Positions 32,108 through 42,421 are shown, counted from the first letter of the stretch. The stretch is DNA of 64,000 nt from an uncultured delta proteobacterium (GCA_963848295.1 CAWKDB010000002.1:992001-1056000), one strand, 5' to 3'. A program made the numbers and translations. Notes: generated by a model from the letters alone, not told the origin.

Positions 32108-34240
32108 TCAGCCGCGCCCGCCCTCGGCCATCCTCACGTCGATGCGCGCGAGCAGCTTGCGGACGCGCTCGGCCATGTCGTCGAGCTCGGACAACCCGGA
32201 CGCAGCGCCGAGCTTCTGCGCGAAGTTCATGACCCGGATCAGGTAGCCGAACAGGTTGCCCTCTTCGTGCTCGAGGCCGTGCTTGTCGACGAACTCCAAG
32301 AACCCCACGCCGCTGTCCTCGAGCTGCGCCCACACCGTCTTCGGCTTCTTGCCCCCGTGGAGCTCGGGGTGCGGGACCTTGCTCGAGAACTCTTGATGGA
32401 TCACCTCGATCTTCGTCAGCGGTCGCGGGTGCGCCTTGTCCCATTCGGCTTCGATGTCGTCCCAGGTGACGTGCGGGTTGTCCATGCGCGCCTCGCGCAG
32501 CCGCGTGCGCATCCACTCGCGCTTCTCGTCTTCGCCCTTGCGGCTGAGCAAGCGCTGGATGATGTCGTGATCGATCAGATATTCGACGAGCTCGCGCAGC
32601 TCGATGTACTCGAGCTGATGGTTGAACAGCACGTAGAAGATCAGCAGGCCATCCATGCCCTGCAGCTCGCGGATCATCTGGCCGGAGATCTGCTTGCCGT
32701 GCTCGTCGAGCACGCCGATCGCGCGCATGTTCGCGACGAGCTGCTCGAGGATCTTCGTCAGCTCCTTGCGATCGCGATCCCCGAGCAGGAGGTTCTCGAT
32801 CACCGTCACGATATCGAGCCGCATCGACGGCGGCAGCGACGCCTCGGTCGCCGCGATCCGCTTGTCGAGGTCGGACAGCGGCACCTCGGTGAGATCGGGC
32901 AAGCCGATCGCGAGCACTTGCTCCGCGGTGATCTTCGTCTTGCTGCGCAGCTCGGCCGGCTCGCCGCGGACGAGCTCGGCGTGCGAGTCGGGCGACCACG
33001 TCACATCGCCCTTGCGTTGCGCATCGCTGCGCGCGCGGTTGTAGACGCTCTTCGTCACCTTCGACACGTCGTAGCCCGGGCGCTTCGCGGCGTCCTTGAG
33101 CTCCTTGCGCAGCTCGACGACCACGTCTTCGGGCGCGAGCGTCACCGCGAGGCCCTTGTCGTCGAACTGCGGCCGGCCCGCGCGACCCGCCATCTGGTGA
33201 TACTCGGCCGCGGTGATCATCCGCGCCTGCTGCTTGATGAACTTGCGCAGCGACGGAAACACGACGGTGCGCGCCGGCAGGTTGATCCCCGCCGCGATCG
33301 TCTCGGTCGACACCACGAACTTGATCAAGCGCTCGAGCGCGAGCTGTTCGACGAGCTGCTTGTAGCGCGGCAGGATGCCGGCGTGATGGATGCCGATGCC
33401 GTGGCCGAGCAGCGGCCGCAGCTCCTTCGCGGCGCCACTCGGCAACAACGCCTCGTCGCACAGCGCCTCGATCCGCGTCTTCTCCTCGTCGGTCGTGAAC
33501 CGCCGGCACGACTTCAACAGGCGCGCGACCTCGAAGCACTGCTCGCGGCCGAACACGAACACGATCGCGGGCACGTCGCCGCCGTGGGCGAGCTCGCGCA
33601 CGGTGTCGATCAGCATCTCCTCGCGGTAGTCGTGGACGAGGGGCACCTTGCGCTCGCGCGAATCGACGAGCTCCATCGTCGACGCGGCGGGTGAGCGTCG
33701 ACCCACTGGCAGAACTTCTCGGGGTGACCGACCGTCGCCGACAGGATCACGAGCTGCGTGCGCGGATCGAGCCCGATGATCGATTGCTCCCATACGTAGC
33801 CGCGCTCGGGGTCGTTGAAGTAGTGGCCCTCGTCCATCACGACGATGTCGGCGGGCGACACGTTCTTGTCGGCGACGATCCGATTCCACAGGATCTCGGC
33901 GACCTCGACCTGGATCGGCGCCTCGCGATTGACCTTGTAGTCGCCGGTCGCGAACCCGACATAGCCTTCGCCGAAGTCGGCGCACAGCTCGCGATACTTC
34001 TCTTCGGTCAACGCGCGCAGCGGCGTCGTGTAGATCGCGCGCTGGTTGCGGCCCATCGCGGCGTGCAGCGCGGCCTTCGCCATCAGCGTCTTGCCGGTGC
34101 CGGTCGGCACGGTGACGAGCAGGCTCTTGCCGGCGAACACCGCGGTGATCGCACTGCTCCTGGACCGGGTACGGTTCGAGGCCGCGGCTCCACAGGAACT
34201 TGTCGTAGAACGAAAGCTCGAGGTCGCCGTCGCTCGTCAC
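32108..34240 (-). CDS. Ski2-like DEAD/DEAH-box helicase (frameshifts near 34150 and 33690)
   Basis: PTGTGKT, MDEGHY, LSATVG, GIHHAG, STETIAAGINLPA, QMAGRAGR across two frames. Confidence 0.9.
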   Translation of the reverse strand: MTSDGDLELSFYDKFLWSRGLEPYPVQEQCDHRGVRRQEPARHRADRHRQDADGEGRAARRDGPQPARDLHDAAARVDRREVSRAVRRLRRRLCRVRDRRLQGQSRGADPGRGRRDPVESDRRRQERVARRHRRDGRGPLLQRPRARLRMGAIDHRARSAHAARDPVGDGRSPREVLPVGRRSPAASTMELVDSRERKVPLVHDYREEMLIDTVRELAHGGDVPAIVFVFGREQCFEVARLLKSCRRFTTDEEKTRIEALCDEALLPSGAAKELRPLLGHGIGIHHAGILPRYKQLVEQLALERLIKFVVSTETIAAGINLPARTVVFPSLRKFIKQQARMITAAEYHQMAGRAGRPQFDDKGLAVTLAPEDVVVELRKELKDAAKRPGYDVSKVTKSVYNRARSDAQRKGDVTWSPDSHAELVRGEPAELRSKTKITAEQVLAIGLPDLTEVPLSDLDKRIAATEASLPPSMRLDIVTVIENLLLGDRDRKELTKILEQLVANMRAIGVLDEHGKQISGQMIRELQGMDGLLIFYVLFNHQLEYIELRELVEYLIDHDIIQRLLSRKGEDEKREWMRTRLREARMDNPHVTWDDIEAEWDKAHPRPLTKIEVIHQEFSSKVPHPELHGGKKPKTVWAQLEDSGVGFLEFVDKHGLEHEEGNLFGYLIRVMNFAQKLGAASGLSELDDMAERVRKLLARIDVRMAEGGRG

Positions 34241-34298
34241 GCTCGACGTGTACCAGCGATCGGGTCGGGGACGCTGTCGGTTTTGTCAACTAACGCCG

Positions 34299-37200
34299 TC
34301 AACGCGCCAGCAGCGCCTTGGCGTTCGCCACGACGCCATCGTACGTCGAGTGCCACTTCCGGCTGACGATGTCGTGGAGCTCGGCCTTGCCTTCTGCGCT
34401 GCGTCCGAGCGCGAGCAGCTCTTGGGCCTCTTGCAGCCGGAGCGCCGGATTGCTCTGGTCGACCACCACCGCCTGGTGGCGGAACGGTTGCGCCTCGCCG
34501 AGCCGGCCGAGCTTTGCGTAGACGGTCGCGACCGCGACATAGCCCGCGCTCGAGTACGGATCGCGATCGATCTCCGAGGACAAGTAGCGCCACGCTTCCG
34601 TGCGGTCACCGTCGCGCAGCAACAGCTCCCCGAGGTCGCGATCGATCGAGCTATCGCCGAGGTCGAGCTCGCGGCCGCGGTCGGCCCAGTGCTTCGCGCG
34701 CGCGACCGCCTCGGTGTGCGCACGGCCGTGGCTCTGGAGTGCGAGCTGCGTGCAGTCGTCGAACATGTGGCGGAGCTCGGCGGCGACCACCGAGCGCGTG
34801 ACCGGCGACCCCGCCGCATCGAACGCGGCCTCGTAGTGGGCGAGCGCATCGCCATAGCGCGACTCCGAGTCGGCGATCTCGCCTGCCAACATGTGAAGCT
34901 CGCGCGTGCCGACGCGCTGGACGAGCGGCTCGAGCACGCCGTCGGCCCAGGCGGTCAGGCCGTATTGCCGCGCCGCCGCGATCATCGCGAGCTGATCGTC
35001 GACGTCATCGCCGGCCAGCTCCGACGCGCGCTGCAGCGTCGCGAACAGCTCGGCGCGATCGCGCGCGGCGATCGGCACCATCGCCATGACGTGGGCAAAG
35101 CTCCGGCCGGCGAGCACGCGGTCGCTCCACGTGTGCCACAACAACTGCCAGCCGGCGTCGTTCGAGGTCGCGGTCGCATACACCTGCGCGACCTGCTCGA
35201 GCATCGGCGGCATCGCGTCGAGGTCCGGGTTCGACATCAGATCGACGATGCGTTCGCTGGCGCGCTCGTCCTGACCGGCCCATTGCCACTCCTGAGCCGC
35301 CCGCGCGCGAGCTACGTTGCGCAGCTCGCCTACCGCGATCGCGTCCCACGCCGCCGCGCGTTGCTCGTGCGGCACTCGCCCGTAGCTCGTCATCAACTCG
35401 ACGACCGCGCGACGCGCCTCGACGGCGCGCTCGTCGATCGACAGCAGCGCATCGAGCGCGGCATGGGTCGAGGCATGGCCGTCGGACGCCGCGTGCGCCG
35501 CCGATCGCAGCGTCCACAAGGTCCCGATCAAGGTGTCGCGCAGCACCGCGGCCGGGCGCGCGCTCGGGATCGAGCTGTTGCGACCCTCGAGCGCGAACAG
35601 CGCGACCGGATCGTCCGCCAGCGGCGCGAGCGCCGAGACGAGCTCGCGATCGAGGGCTTGCCCGGAGCTCGCGATGCTTTGGCTCGCGAGCGCGACATCG
35701 CCGCGCGAGATCCCGCCGTGATGCGCGAGATCGAGAAACGCCTTGCCGATCGCCTCGCTGTCGTTGCCGGCCGCCAGGCTCGCGAGCAGCTCGCGCTGGA
35801 GTTGCCGCCATGCCGGCGTCCCGATCGGCAGCGCCGCGAGACGCGTGGCCCAGTACGGAGGCGCGTGCTCGGGGAGCTCGACCGTGACGTCGGACCGCGG
35901 TCCGGGGTTCGCCCAGGCGACGGCATCCGGGATCGGACTCAGCTCGTAGCTCGCGGCGAGGTCTTGTCCACGGACGCGTGCGGCGCTCGGGCCGCTGTCG
36001 GTCCAGGTCACCGCGACGACCGTGTGCGCGTCGCCATCGGTGACCGCGATCAAGCGATCCCTGTCGTCGAACCGCAGCACGTATTCGACGCGAGCGACGC
36101 CGTCGATCGTCGCGGCCAGCGCGACCTCGTGCGGTCCCCGCGCGGCGACGTCGAACCACTTCGCCCAGTGCGCGGGCTCGGCGATCCAGATCGGAAACGA
36201 TCCGAGCGCGAGCGCGATGTCGTCATCGCCGATGTCGCGCGTGACGTCGAGCCCGAGCTCGACATAGCGCCGCGTCCAGCGCGCCCCGTCGAAGGCCGCG
36301 GTCTCGTCGAGCAGGTACGGCGTCGTCGTCCGCCAGCCGAAGTGATGCGCCGGGTCGACCGCGATGTCGCGATCGCCCCAGTGATAGAGGCCCGCCGGCA
36401 ACGCATCGTGGGCCCGTCGCAGCAACTCGCGCGCCGCGGCATCGATCGTATGCGGGCCGGCACCATTCGCGCGCAGCTGCGCTCGCACGGTATCGATATC
36501 GTCGCCGCTGAGGCCCGGAACAAATGCGCTGACGTCGCCGAACCCGCTCCTGACCGGCTCCGTCAGCTGCTTGAGGTTGTAGACCGGGATGGTGATGTCA
36601 TCGCCGGCGCGGATATGAAACGCGGAGCCTTCGTCGTGCGCGAGGTAGCCTCGGTGGACCAGCTGGAGCTGGTAGCGACCGCTCCCCAGGACATCGATCG
36701 GCTCGACCCTCGGTCCCCACGCATCACCGGACGCGTGCGATTGTTCCGCCTCCTCGGGCGACGTGGTGATGGTCAGACCGCCCGCGAACCTGCCGTCGAT
36801 CTCGAGCTCGCGAATCGCCGGCGCCCTCGTAAACCAAGTGGGTGTGAAGCTCTGCGCCGAGGGCACGACGAGCGGCCGACGTACGACCTCGGTGTCGCCG
36901 AGATCGACGAGAGGGCGCACGGCGCTCGTCCACGCCGCGGTCACCGGGATCGTCGCGGGCATCGCGTAAGGAGCCCAGGTCGCGCCGTCGCCCTTCTTGA
37001 CGCCGTACTGCGCGTACATCGCGTCGTTCTCGAGCACGAGCAGCGACGTGTGGCGCGACAGCAAGAAGTAGCGCTTGCCGAGCGCGACGATCTGGCGCCG
37101 CAACTGCTCGTCGCGAGCCTCGCGCGGGTCGGGGATGTCGGCGGTGCCGACGGCATCGGCGGCCACCGGCTCGTACTTCGCGGCGAGCAGCGCGTCGATC

Positions 37201-39404
37201 TTTCGCTGGGCCCACAGCCGCGGCAGATAGCCCGCGTTCGGCGTCGGGGCGGCGAGCGCGATCCGCTGCGACCACGGCTTGCCATCGCGCGTGCCCGTGA
37301 TGACTACCGCCGTCGGGGTCGCGTTGCCGGTCAGCTTCGCGACGAGCTCGAGTTGCTCGCCATCGGCGAGTTGCGGCGACCGAACGAACGCGCTCGAGGC
37401 CACGTCGCTGCCGTCGCTCGCGACGAGCCTCGCGACCAAGCCCGTGATCCGCGACGTATGCAGCGCCGCGACGAGATCGAGCACGCGCCAGTCGAGATCA
37501 TCGGCGAGGTCGATCGTCGTGGCGTAGCCACCCGTCGCCGCGGCGAGGCCCGCGAGCAGCCCGGTATCGACGCCATCGCCGAGCCCGATGCCGACGAACT
37601 GCGCGTTGCCGACGAGCTTGTCGCGCAGCGCATCGAGTTGGGTCGCGCCGGCCGTGACCACGCCGTCACCGAGGTAGATGATCGTCGCGTCCTCGGGTGC
37701 GACGCCAGCGAGCAACGGCAGCGCGGTGTCGAGCGCCCCTGCGACATCGGTCGCGCCGATCCCGCCTTCGGTGGCGAGCGCTCGACGAAGCGCAGCGCGG
37801 TCGACATCGCGAACCTTGGTGAGCCCGAGCTTGACCCGCGCAGCGGCGTCGAACGCGACCACCGCGACGCGATCGTCTTCATCGAGCTCGCGCATCAGCG
37901 CATCGACCACTTCGGTCTGCGCCTCGAGCGCGAGCTTGTCGCGCGACGCGCTGACGTCATCGAGGATGACCCAGGTGCGCGGGCGATACGCGGCGCGGGC
38001 GGAGCCCAGTCGATCGAAGTCGAGCGGCGCGCGGACGAGCGCGAACCGATCGTCGCCGTCGCGCGCGATGCTGAACGTCACCGCGTTGCGTGGGTCGCGG
38101 ACCCGCACGACCAGCGCGTCGCCGATCTTCTCGGCGGTGCCGTGATAGCGCACGATCGCATCGTCGCCGTCGCGCGTGACCACGATGGGATAGCTCGTCG
38201 CCGACAGCTCGCAGCGCGCGCACCCTTTGACCCGCATCGCGATGTCGAGCTCGCCGACCGGACGGTCGACGTCGGGCAACGGCACGGTCAGCGTCCAGTC
38301 GTCGTACAGCTTCGGCAGGCTCTGCGTGTAAGCGAGCGCGAGGCGCTTGTCCTGGTGCGCGGGCAACGGATAGACGCGCAGCGCGAGCCGACCGGCGCCG
38401 GCCCACTCGAGCAACGCGGGATCGACCCGGCGATAGACGAGGTCCTCGTAGATCCGGCGCGCGCTCATCCGCTCCACGACCGCCGATTCCATCAGCTTGC
38501 CGTCGACGTACATCGCGAGCCGTTGCAACGCGGCGTCCGGTGGAATCGCGAAGCGATAGATGCCTTCGAGATCCTGATCGGAGTCGTTGCGGAACGTCTG
38601 ATCGATCGCGACGCGCGCGACTTGGTCCTCGACGACGATATCCAGCCCGAGCTTCATGATCGGCAGCGGGTACTCGTCGCCCCACGGCGGATGCGAACGC
38701 AGCCCCGGATCGCGAGCGAACAGCGTGCCGTGATGTCCGATCGCGGTCGGCGCCTCGCGCCGAACCTCGCGCGACCAGCTGACGAGCTCGGACAACCGCG
38801 GTGCCGGGCCGCGGACCGGGGCGCGCCCAGCCGCGACCACGCCTTGATCGCCGGCGTGCAACACGAGCTCGCCGCGGTCGCCGATCAGCTTCACGACGCC
38901 GCGCAACACCGCCGCGATCGTTTGATCGGTTTCGGCGTCGACGAAGAACTTGGTGCCGAGCACCTCGATCCGGCCGCGTGCGGTGTCGACGACGAAGTCG
39001 CCCTTGCCCGGCACCACATCGAGCAGCACCGCGCCGGTCACCCGGACGTGACGCGGACCGACGACCGCGAGCGTGCTGCCCGCGCGCGCGACGTACGTCG
39101 TGCCATCGGCGAGCGTGCCGGCGCCAGTCTGCGGCTGGCTGAGGCCGGCGACGGTTCCCGGGTGGGCGACGAACCGCAGCGCGACGAACGCGATCGCCGC
39201 GGCGGCGGCGAGCCCGATGCCGAGCGCGAGCAATGGCGTGCGCAGCTTGGCGCGAACGGCGGGCACCGCCGCGGCGGCCGCGTGGTTCGAGAGCAAGGCT
39301 TCGCGAATCCGCACGCGCGCGGCGTCGGACATCTGCGGCGGCTCCCCACCGCCTTCAAGCAAGCTCGAGACGTTGTGCTCGAGCACATCGGTTTCGGATT
39401 TCAT
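34299..39404 (-). CDS. Large FecR-like / VIT / VWA / TPR protein (putative anti-sigma sensor, ~1700 aa)
   Basis: N-terminal TM then FecR-like strands (VDTARGRIEVLGTKF), VIT (IDQTFRN..LEGIYRFAIP), VWA (DVSAS), C-terminal TPRs; ATGA overlap with ECF gene. Confidence 0.85.
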   Translation of the reverse strand: MKSETDVLEHNVSSLLEGGGEPPQMSDAARVRIREALLSNHAAAAAVPAVRAKLRTPLLALGIGLAAAAAIAFVALRFVAHPGTVAGLSQPQTGAGTLADGTTYVARAGSTLAVVGPRHVRVTGAVLLDVVPGKGDFVVDTARGRIEVLGTKFFVDAETDQTIAAVLRGVVKLIGDRGELVLHAGDQGVVAAGRAPVRGPAPRLSELVSWSREVRREAPTAIGHHGTLFARDPGLRSHPPWGDEYPLPIMKLGLDIVVEDQVARVAIDQTFRNDSDQDLEGIYRFAIPPDAALQRLAMYVDGKLMESAVVERMSARRIYEDLVYRRVDPALLEWAGAGRLALRVYPLPAHQDKRLALAYTQSLPKLYDDWTLTVPLPDVDRPVGELDIAMRVKGCARCELSATSYPIVVTRDGDDAIVRYHGTAEKIGDALVVRVRDPRNAVTFSIARDGDDRFALVRAPLDFDRLGSARAAYRPRTWVILDDVSASRDKLALEAQTEVVDALMRELDEDDRVAVVAFDAAARVKLGLTKVRDVDRAALRRALATEGGIGATDVAGALDTALPLLAGVAPEDATIIYLGDGVVTAGATQLDALRDKLVGNAQFVGIGLGDGVDTGLLAGLAAATGGYATTIDLADDLDWRVLDLVAALHTSRITGLVARLVASDGSDVASSAFVRSPQLADGEQLELVAKLTGNATPTAVVITGTRDGKPWSQRIALAAPTPNAGYLPRLWAQRKIDALLAAKYEPVAADAVGTADIPDPREARDEQLRRQIVALGKRYFLLSRHTSLLVLENDAMYAQYGVKKGDGATWAPYAMPATIPVTAAWTSAVRPLVDLGDTEVVRRPLVVPSAQSFTPTWFTRAPAIRELEIDGRFAGGLTITTSPEEAEQSHASGDAWGPRVEPIDVLGSGRYQLQLVHRGYLAHDEGSAFHIRAGDDITIPVYNLKQLTEPVRSGFGDVSAFVPGLSGDDIDTVRAQLRANGAGPHTIDAAARELLRRAHDALPAGLYHWGDRDIAVDPAHHFGWRTTTPYLLDETAAFDGARWTRRYVELGLDVTRDIGDDDIALALGSFPIWIAEPAHWAKWFDVAARGPHEVALAATIDGVARVEYVLRFDDRDRLIAVTDGDAHTVVAVTWTDSGPSAARVRGQDLAASYELSPIPDAVAWANPGPRSDVTVELPEHAPPYWATRLAALPIGTPAWRQLQRELLASLAAGNDSEAIGKAFLDLAHHGGISRGDVALASQSIASSGQALDRELVSALAPLADDPVALFALEGRNSSIPSARPAAVLRDTLIGTLWTLRSAAHAASDGHASTHAALDALLSIDERAVEARRAVVELMTSYGRVPHEQRAAAWDAIAVGELRNVARARAAQEWQWAGQDERASERIVDLMSNPDLDAMPPMLEQVAQVYATATSNDAGWQLLWHTWSDRVLAGRSFAHVMAMVPIAARDRAELFATLQRASELAGDDVDDQLAMIAAARQYGLTAWADGVLEPLVQRVGTRELHMLAGEIADSESRYGDALAHYEAAFDAAGSPVTRSVVAAELRHMFDDCTQLALQSHGRAHTEAVARAKHWADRGRELDLGDSSIDRDLGELLLRDGDRTEAWRYLSSEIDRDPYSSAGYVAVATVYAKLGRLGEAQPFRHQAVVVDQSNPALRLQEAQELLALGRSAEGKAELHDIVSRKWHSTYDGVVANAKALLAR

Positions 39405-40024
39405 ACGGCCTCCGACAGGTGGCTCGACAGCGCGGCGAACGTGTCGCGGAACGCGCGACGCGCGCGAGCGAGTAAAGACTTGGTGGCGTCGATCGAGATC
39501 CCGAGCTCGCCGGCGAGGGTCTCGAGGGTCTCGCCATCGACGTACTTGCGCGTCAGCGCGGTGCGGTACTGCTCCGGAAGATTTGCGATCGCCATGTGGA
39601 CGAGGTCGCGGGTCTCCGCGCGCTCGAGCACTTCGCCCGGCAATGGCCGCTCCGCCATCGCCGCGAACGTCTGCGCGAGCGTCGCGTCGATCCGCTGCCA
39701 CGCCTCGCGGAGCTCGTCACCGCGATGGTGGGCGCGCAGGTGATCGCGAATCACGTTGCGCGACAGCACCGCGAGCCAGCTGCCGAGCGAGCCACGACTC
39801 GCGTCATAGTCGGCCGGGCGCGATAACGCGTTCGCGAACGTCTCTTGCACGACGTCCTCGGCGACCGCGGCATCACGGCCGACGCGATAGAACACGAACG
39901 TGTACAGCCCGGCGACGTGCGCGTCGTACAGCCTCGCGATCGCCTCGGCATCGCCGGCGCGTGCGCGCTGGAGCTCGGCCGAGCTGCCCGATCGGAAGAG
40001 CCGCGCGAACAGCGCGCCGATCAC
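39401..40024 (-). CDS. ECF RNA polymerase sigma factor
   Basis: Region 2 (AEDVVQETF, SLGSWL..RN..RDHLR) and region 4 (LPEQYR..AGELGISIDATKSLLARAR). Confidence 0.93.
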   Translation of the reverse strand: MIGALFARLFRSGSSAELQRARAGDAEAIARLYDAHVAGLYTFVFYRVGRDAAVAEDVVQETFANALSRPADYDASRGSLGSWLAVLSRNVIRDHLRAHHRGDELREAWQRIDATLAQTFAAMAERPLPGEVLERAETRDLVHMAIANLPEQYRTALTRKYVDGETLETLAGELGISIDATKSLLARARRAFRDTFAALSSHLSEAV

Positions 40025-40102
40025 GTTTCACCTTGCATGAGTGGTGGTGTCAACGGCGGGATCAGAGGTGTCGCACTATCTTGCGCGGCCATCACCGCTT
40101 CG

Positions 40103-40180
40103 CCATTCCGGTTCCGCTTCACCGTCCACTATTTCCGGGCGAATAGTGAGTAGTAAACCGGGAACCGGAACCGGAACTGG
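40103..40180. repeat. Imperfect palindromic intergenic element
   Basis: TTCCGGTTCC/GGAACCGGAA outer arms and CACTATT/AATAGTG inner arms. Confidence 0.5.
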
Positions 40181-40196
40181 AGTGCTACGGTGCGCC

Positions 40197-41312
40197 GTGG
40201 CGTTCGATGGGCCTCTGATCGCCGACCGTTATCGACTCGGTGACCGGCTCGGCAAGGGCTCGCAGGGCGAGATCTATCTCGCCCGTGACGAGAAAGCGAA
40301 AGGCGCCGAGGATCGCGAGGTCGTGGTCAAGCGGCTGACCCCGCGCGGCACGTGGAAGTCGTTCGAGCTGTTCGAGCGTGAGGCGAAGGTGCTGTCGCAG
40401 CTCCGCCATCCGGGCGTCCCTCGCCATCACGCGACGGTCGAGGCACCGCCTGGCACGTTCAACCTCGTGATGCAGCGCGCACCCGGCGAGAACCTGCGCG
40501 ACCAGGCGAAGCGCCGCCGGTTGTCCGAGACCGAGTTGCGCGACGTGCTCGTGCGCACGCTCGAGATCCTCGACTACCTACAGACTCGCTCGCCGGTCGT
40601 CGTCCACCGCGACATCAAGCCCTCGAACCTCATCCGCGCGCCCGACGGTACGATCACGCTCGTTGATTTCGGCGGCGTGCTCGATGCCGCGCGGGAGGCC
40701 GGCGGCTCGACCGTGGTCGGCACGTTCGGCTACATGGCGCCGGAGCAGCTCCACGGCAAGGTCACCGGGGCGACCGACATCTACTCGCTCGGCGCCACGA
40801 TCGTCGCGCTCGCCGGCGGGATCGAGCCCGAGGACGTGCCGCGCAAGGGCCTCACGATGGACCTCGACCGCCATCTACCGTCCCTCGATCCCTGTCTGCG
40901 AGCGACCCTGGTCGCGATGACCGATCCCGATCCCGATCGCCGGCCGCAACGCGCCCGCGATGTCCTCGCCCTGCTCGCGAAGAGTCGACCGCGGCGCAGC
41001 TCCGCGTCGCCGCGCGACCGAGCGCTGGTCCGGTCCTCGCCCTCGCCACTCGCGCAACGCCGGCTGTTCGCCGATGTGGCCGAACCGGTCGGCACGCTGC
41101 TCCGCCTCGGCGTGCTCGGCTTCGGCGCCGGCGGCTGGATCGGTATGGTCGCGCTCCGCCTCAACGTCATGATCGTGTTCGCGATCGCGATGGCGCTTGC
41201 CTTCCCCGCGCGCAAGAAGATCCGCGGCGTCGGTACCGAGCTCGACACCATGCTGTCCGAAGGCCAGAGCGGCTTCACCGCGATCATGAGGGGCGCGATG
41301 GCTCGCGACTAA
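40197..41312 (+). CDS. Ser/Thr protein kinase with C-terminal TM segments
   Basis: LGKGSQG, VVVK, HRDIKPSN, DFG, GTFGYMAPE, DIYSLG. Confidence 0.93.
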   Translation: MAFDGPLIADRYRLGDRLGKGSQGEIYLARDEKAKGAEDREVVVKRLTPRGTWKSFELFEREAKVLSQLRHPGVPRHHATVEAPPGTFNLVMQRAPGENLRDQAKRRRLSETELRDVLVRTLEILDYLQTRSPVVVHRDIKPSNLIRAPDGTITLVDFGGVLDAAREAGGSTVVGTFGYMAPEQLHGKVTGATDIYSLGATIVALAGGIEPEDVPRKGLTMDLDRHLPSLDPCLRATLVAMTDPDPDRRPQRARDVLALLAKSRPRRSSASPRDRALVRSSPSPLAQRRLFADVAEPVGTLLRLGVLGFGAGGWIGMVALRLNVMIVFAIAMALAFPARKKIRGVGTELDTMLSEGQSGFTAIMRGAMARD

Positions 41313-41313
41313 C

Positions 41314-41408
41314 CGCGGGGACGGAGGAATTCTTGTCAACCGAGACGTCGGCCGTGATCCCAACGATCGCGCGCCGTTACGTGGGGACGGAGGAATACTT
41401 GTCAACCG
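41314..41408. repeat. Two 29-bp direct repeats with a 37-bp spacer
   Basis: CGCGGGGACGGAGGAATTCTTGTCAACCG (41314-41342) and CGTGGGGACGGAGGAATACTTGTCAACCG (41380-41408). Confidence 0.85.
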
Positions 41409-41497
41409 CCCGGGGGTTCCGCTGCGCTGCCGGCACCCTCATCGCGGAGCGTGATCCGCATGGCGTTCCATGCTCTGGCCTGGCAGCATTAGCCGGC

Positions 41498-42385
41498 ATG
41501 GCAGTCGCCCGCACCTCTGGCCAAGGCGACGTACGCGTTCCATGTCCGCTGTGCGGCGGCTTGCTTCATCCGATCGCGGGTCGCTGCAAGCACTGCAAGG
41601 CGGACCTCTCGACCTATCGGGGTAGCCGCCCGCAAGCAAACGCGCCGCTGCCGGCGCTCGCGAACGGGTCACCACCGCATGCCGCCCCGCCCCCCGCGCG
41701 CGCCGCCGTGCCGGTGCCGATGCCGATGCCGGTCGGCGATCGCGAATCGCAGCCGGTGCTGCCGCCGCGCCCGACCGGGCGCTCCATGCCGGCGCAGTCG
41801 TCGGGCGGCGTGCTGCGCCACTGGCCGGTCGTCGTGATCGTGCTCGCCGTGATCGCGATCGCCGCCGCGGTGATCCTGATGGTCTGGCCGAAGCACGACG
41901 GCGATCCCGGCAAGACCGGCATGCTACCGCCCGCGCCGGAGCACATGAATACGAGCCCGTTCGCACCGGGCGACCTGTCTCCCTCGCAGCCGCAGGTCAT
42001 TCCGCGTCCGCCCCCGACTCCACCGCAGATCGATCCGCCTCGACCTCCGCCGCCGAGCGACACCCAACTCATCGACCCCGACGATTTCGGTGGCGCGCCG
42101 AATGGCTCGCCGAACACTCATCTACCGGCGTTACCACCCGGTGACAACAACTTCGGGATGACCGTGCTGAAGCACGCGTGCGCGCGCCTGCTCACTTGTC
42201 CCGGCGGCAGCGTGCTTCGCCAGAGCTGCGACATGGTCCACGACCTACCTGACATGCCGATACCGACCAACTGCCCGTCGGCGAAGCAATGTGTCGATGC
42301 GATCGACCACCTGAGCTGCACCGACAACCTAGACTTCACGAACGCGATGACCCTGCCGGTGTGCCTGCAAGCGCTGCAGTGCTAG
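41498..42385 (+). CDS. Membrane protein: zinc ribbon, Pro-rich linker, TM, Cys-rich C-terminus
   Basis: CPLCGG..RCKHC, TM VVVIVLAVIAIAAAVILMVW, eight C-terminal Cys. Confidence 0.7.
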   Translation: MAVARTSGQGDVRVPCPLCGGLLHPIAGRCKHCKADLSTYRGSRPQANAPLPALANGSPPHAAPPPARAAVPVPMPMPVGDRESQPVLPPRPTGRSMPAQSSGGVLRHWPVVVIVLAVIAIAAAVILMVWPKHDGDPGKTGMLPPAPEHMNTSPFAPGDLSPSQPQVIPRPPPTPPQIDPPRPPPPSDTQLIDPDDFGGAPNGSPNTHLPALPPGDNNFGMTVLKHACARLLTCPGGSVLRQSCDMVHDLPDMPIPTNCPSAKQCVDAIDHLSCTDNLDFTNAMTLPVCLQALQC

Positions 42386-42421
42386 CCCGCGCCCGACGCT
42401 GACCTCTGCTACGGTCTCGAC

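Noticed and set aside
34248..39743. 1831-aa plus-strand ORF and many other long Arg/Ala-rich alternative-frame ORFs
   Set aside because: Antisense or off-frame shadows of real genes, expected in high-GC DNA with few stop codons; no recognisable motifs
41314..41408. CRISPR array call
   Set aside because: Only two repeats, no internal palindrome and no cas genes in the window; kept as a repeat only
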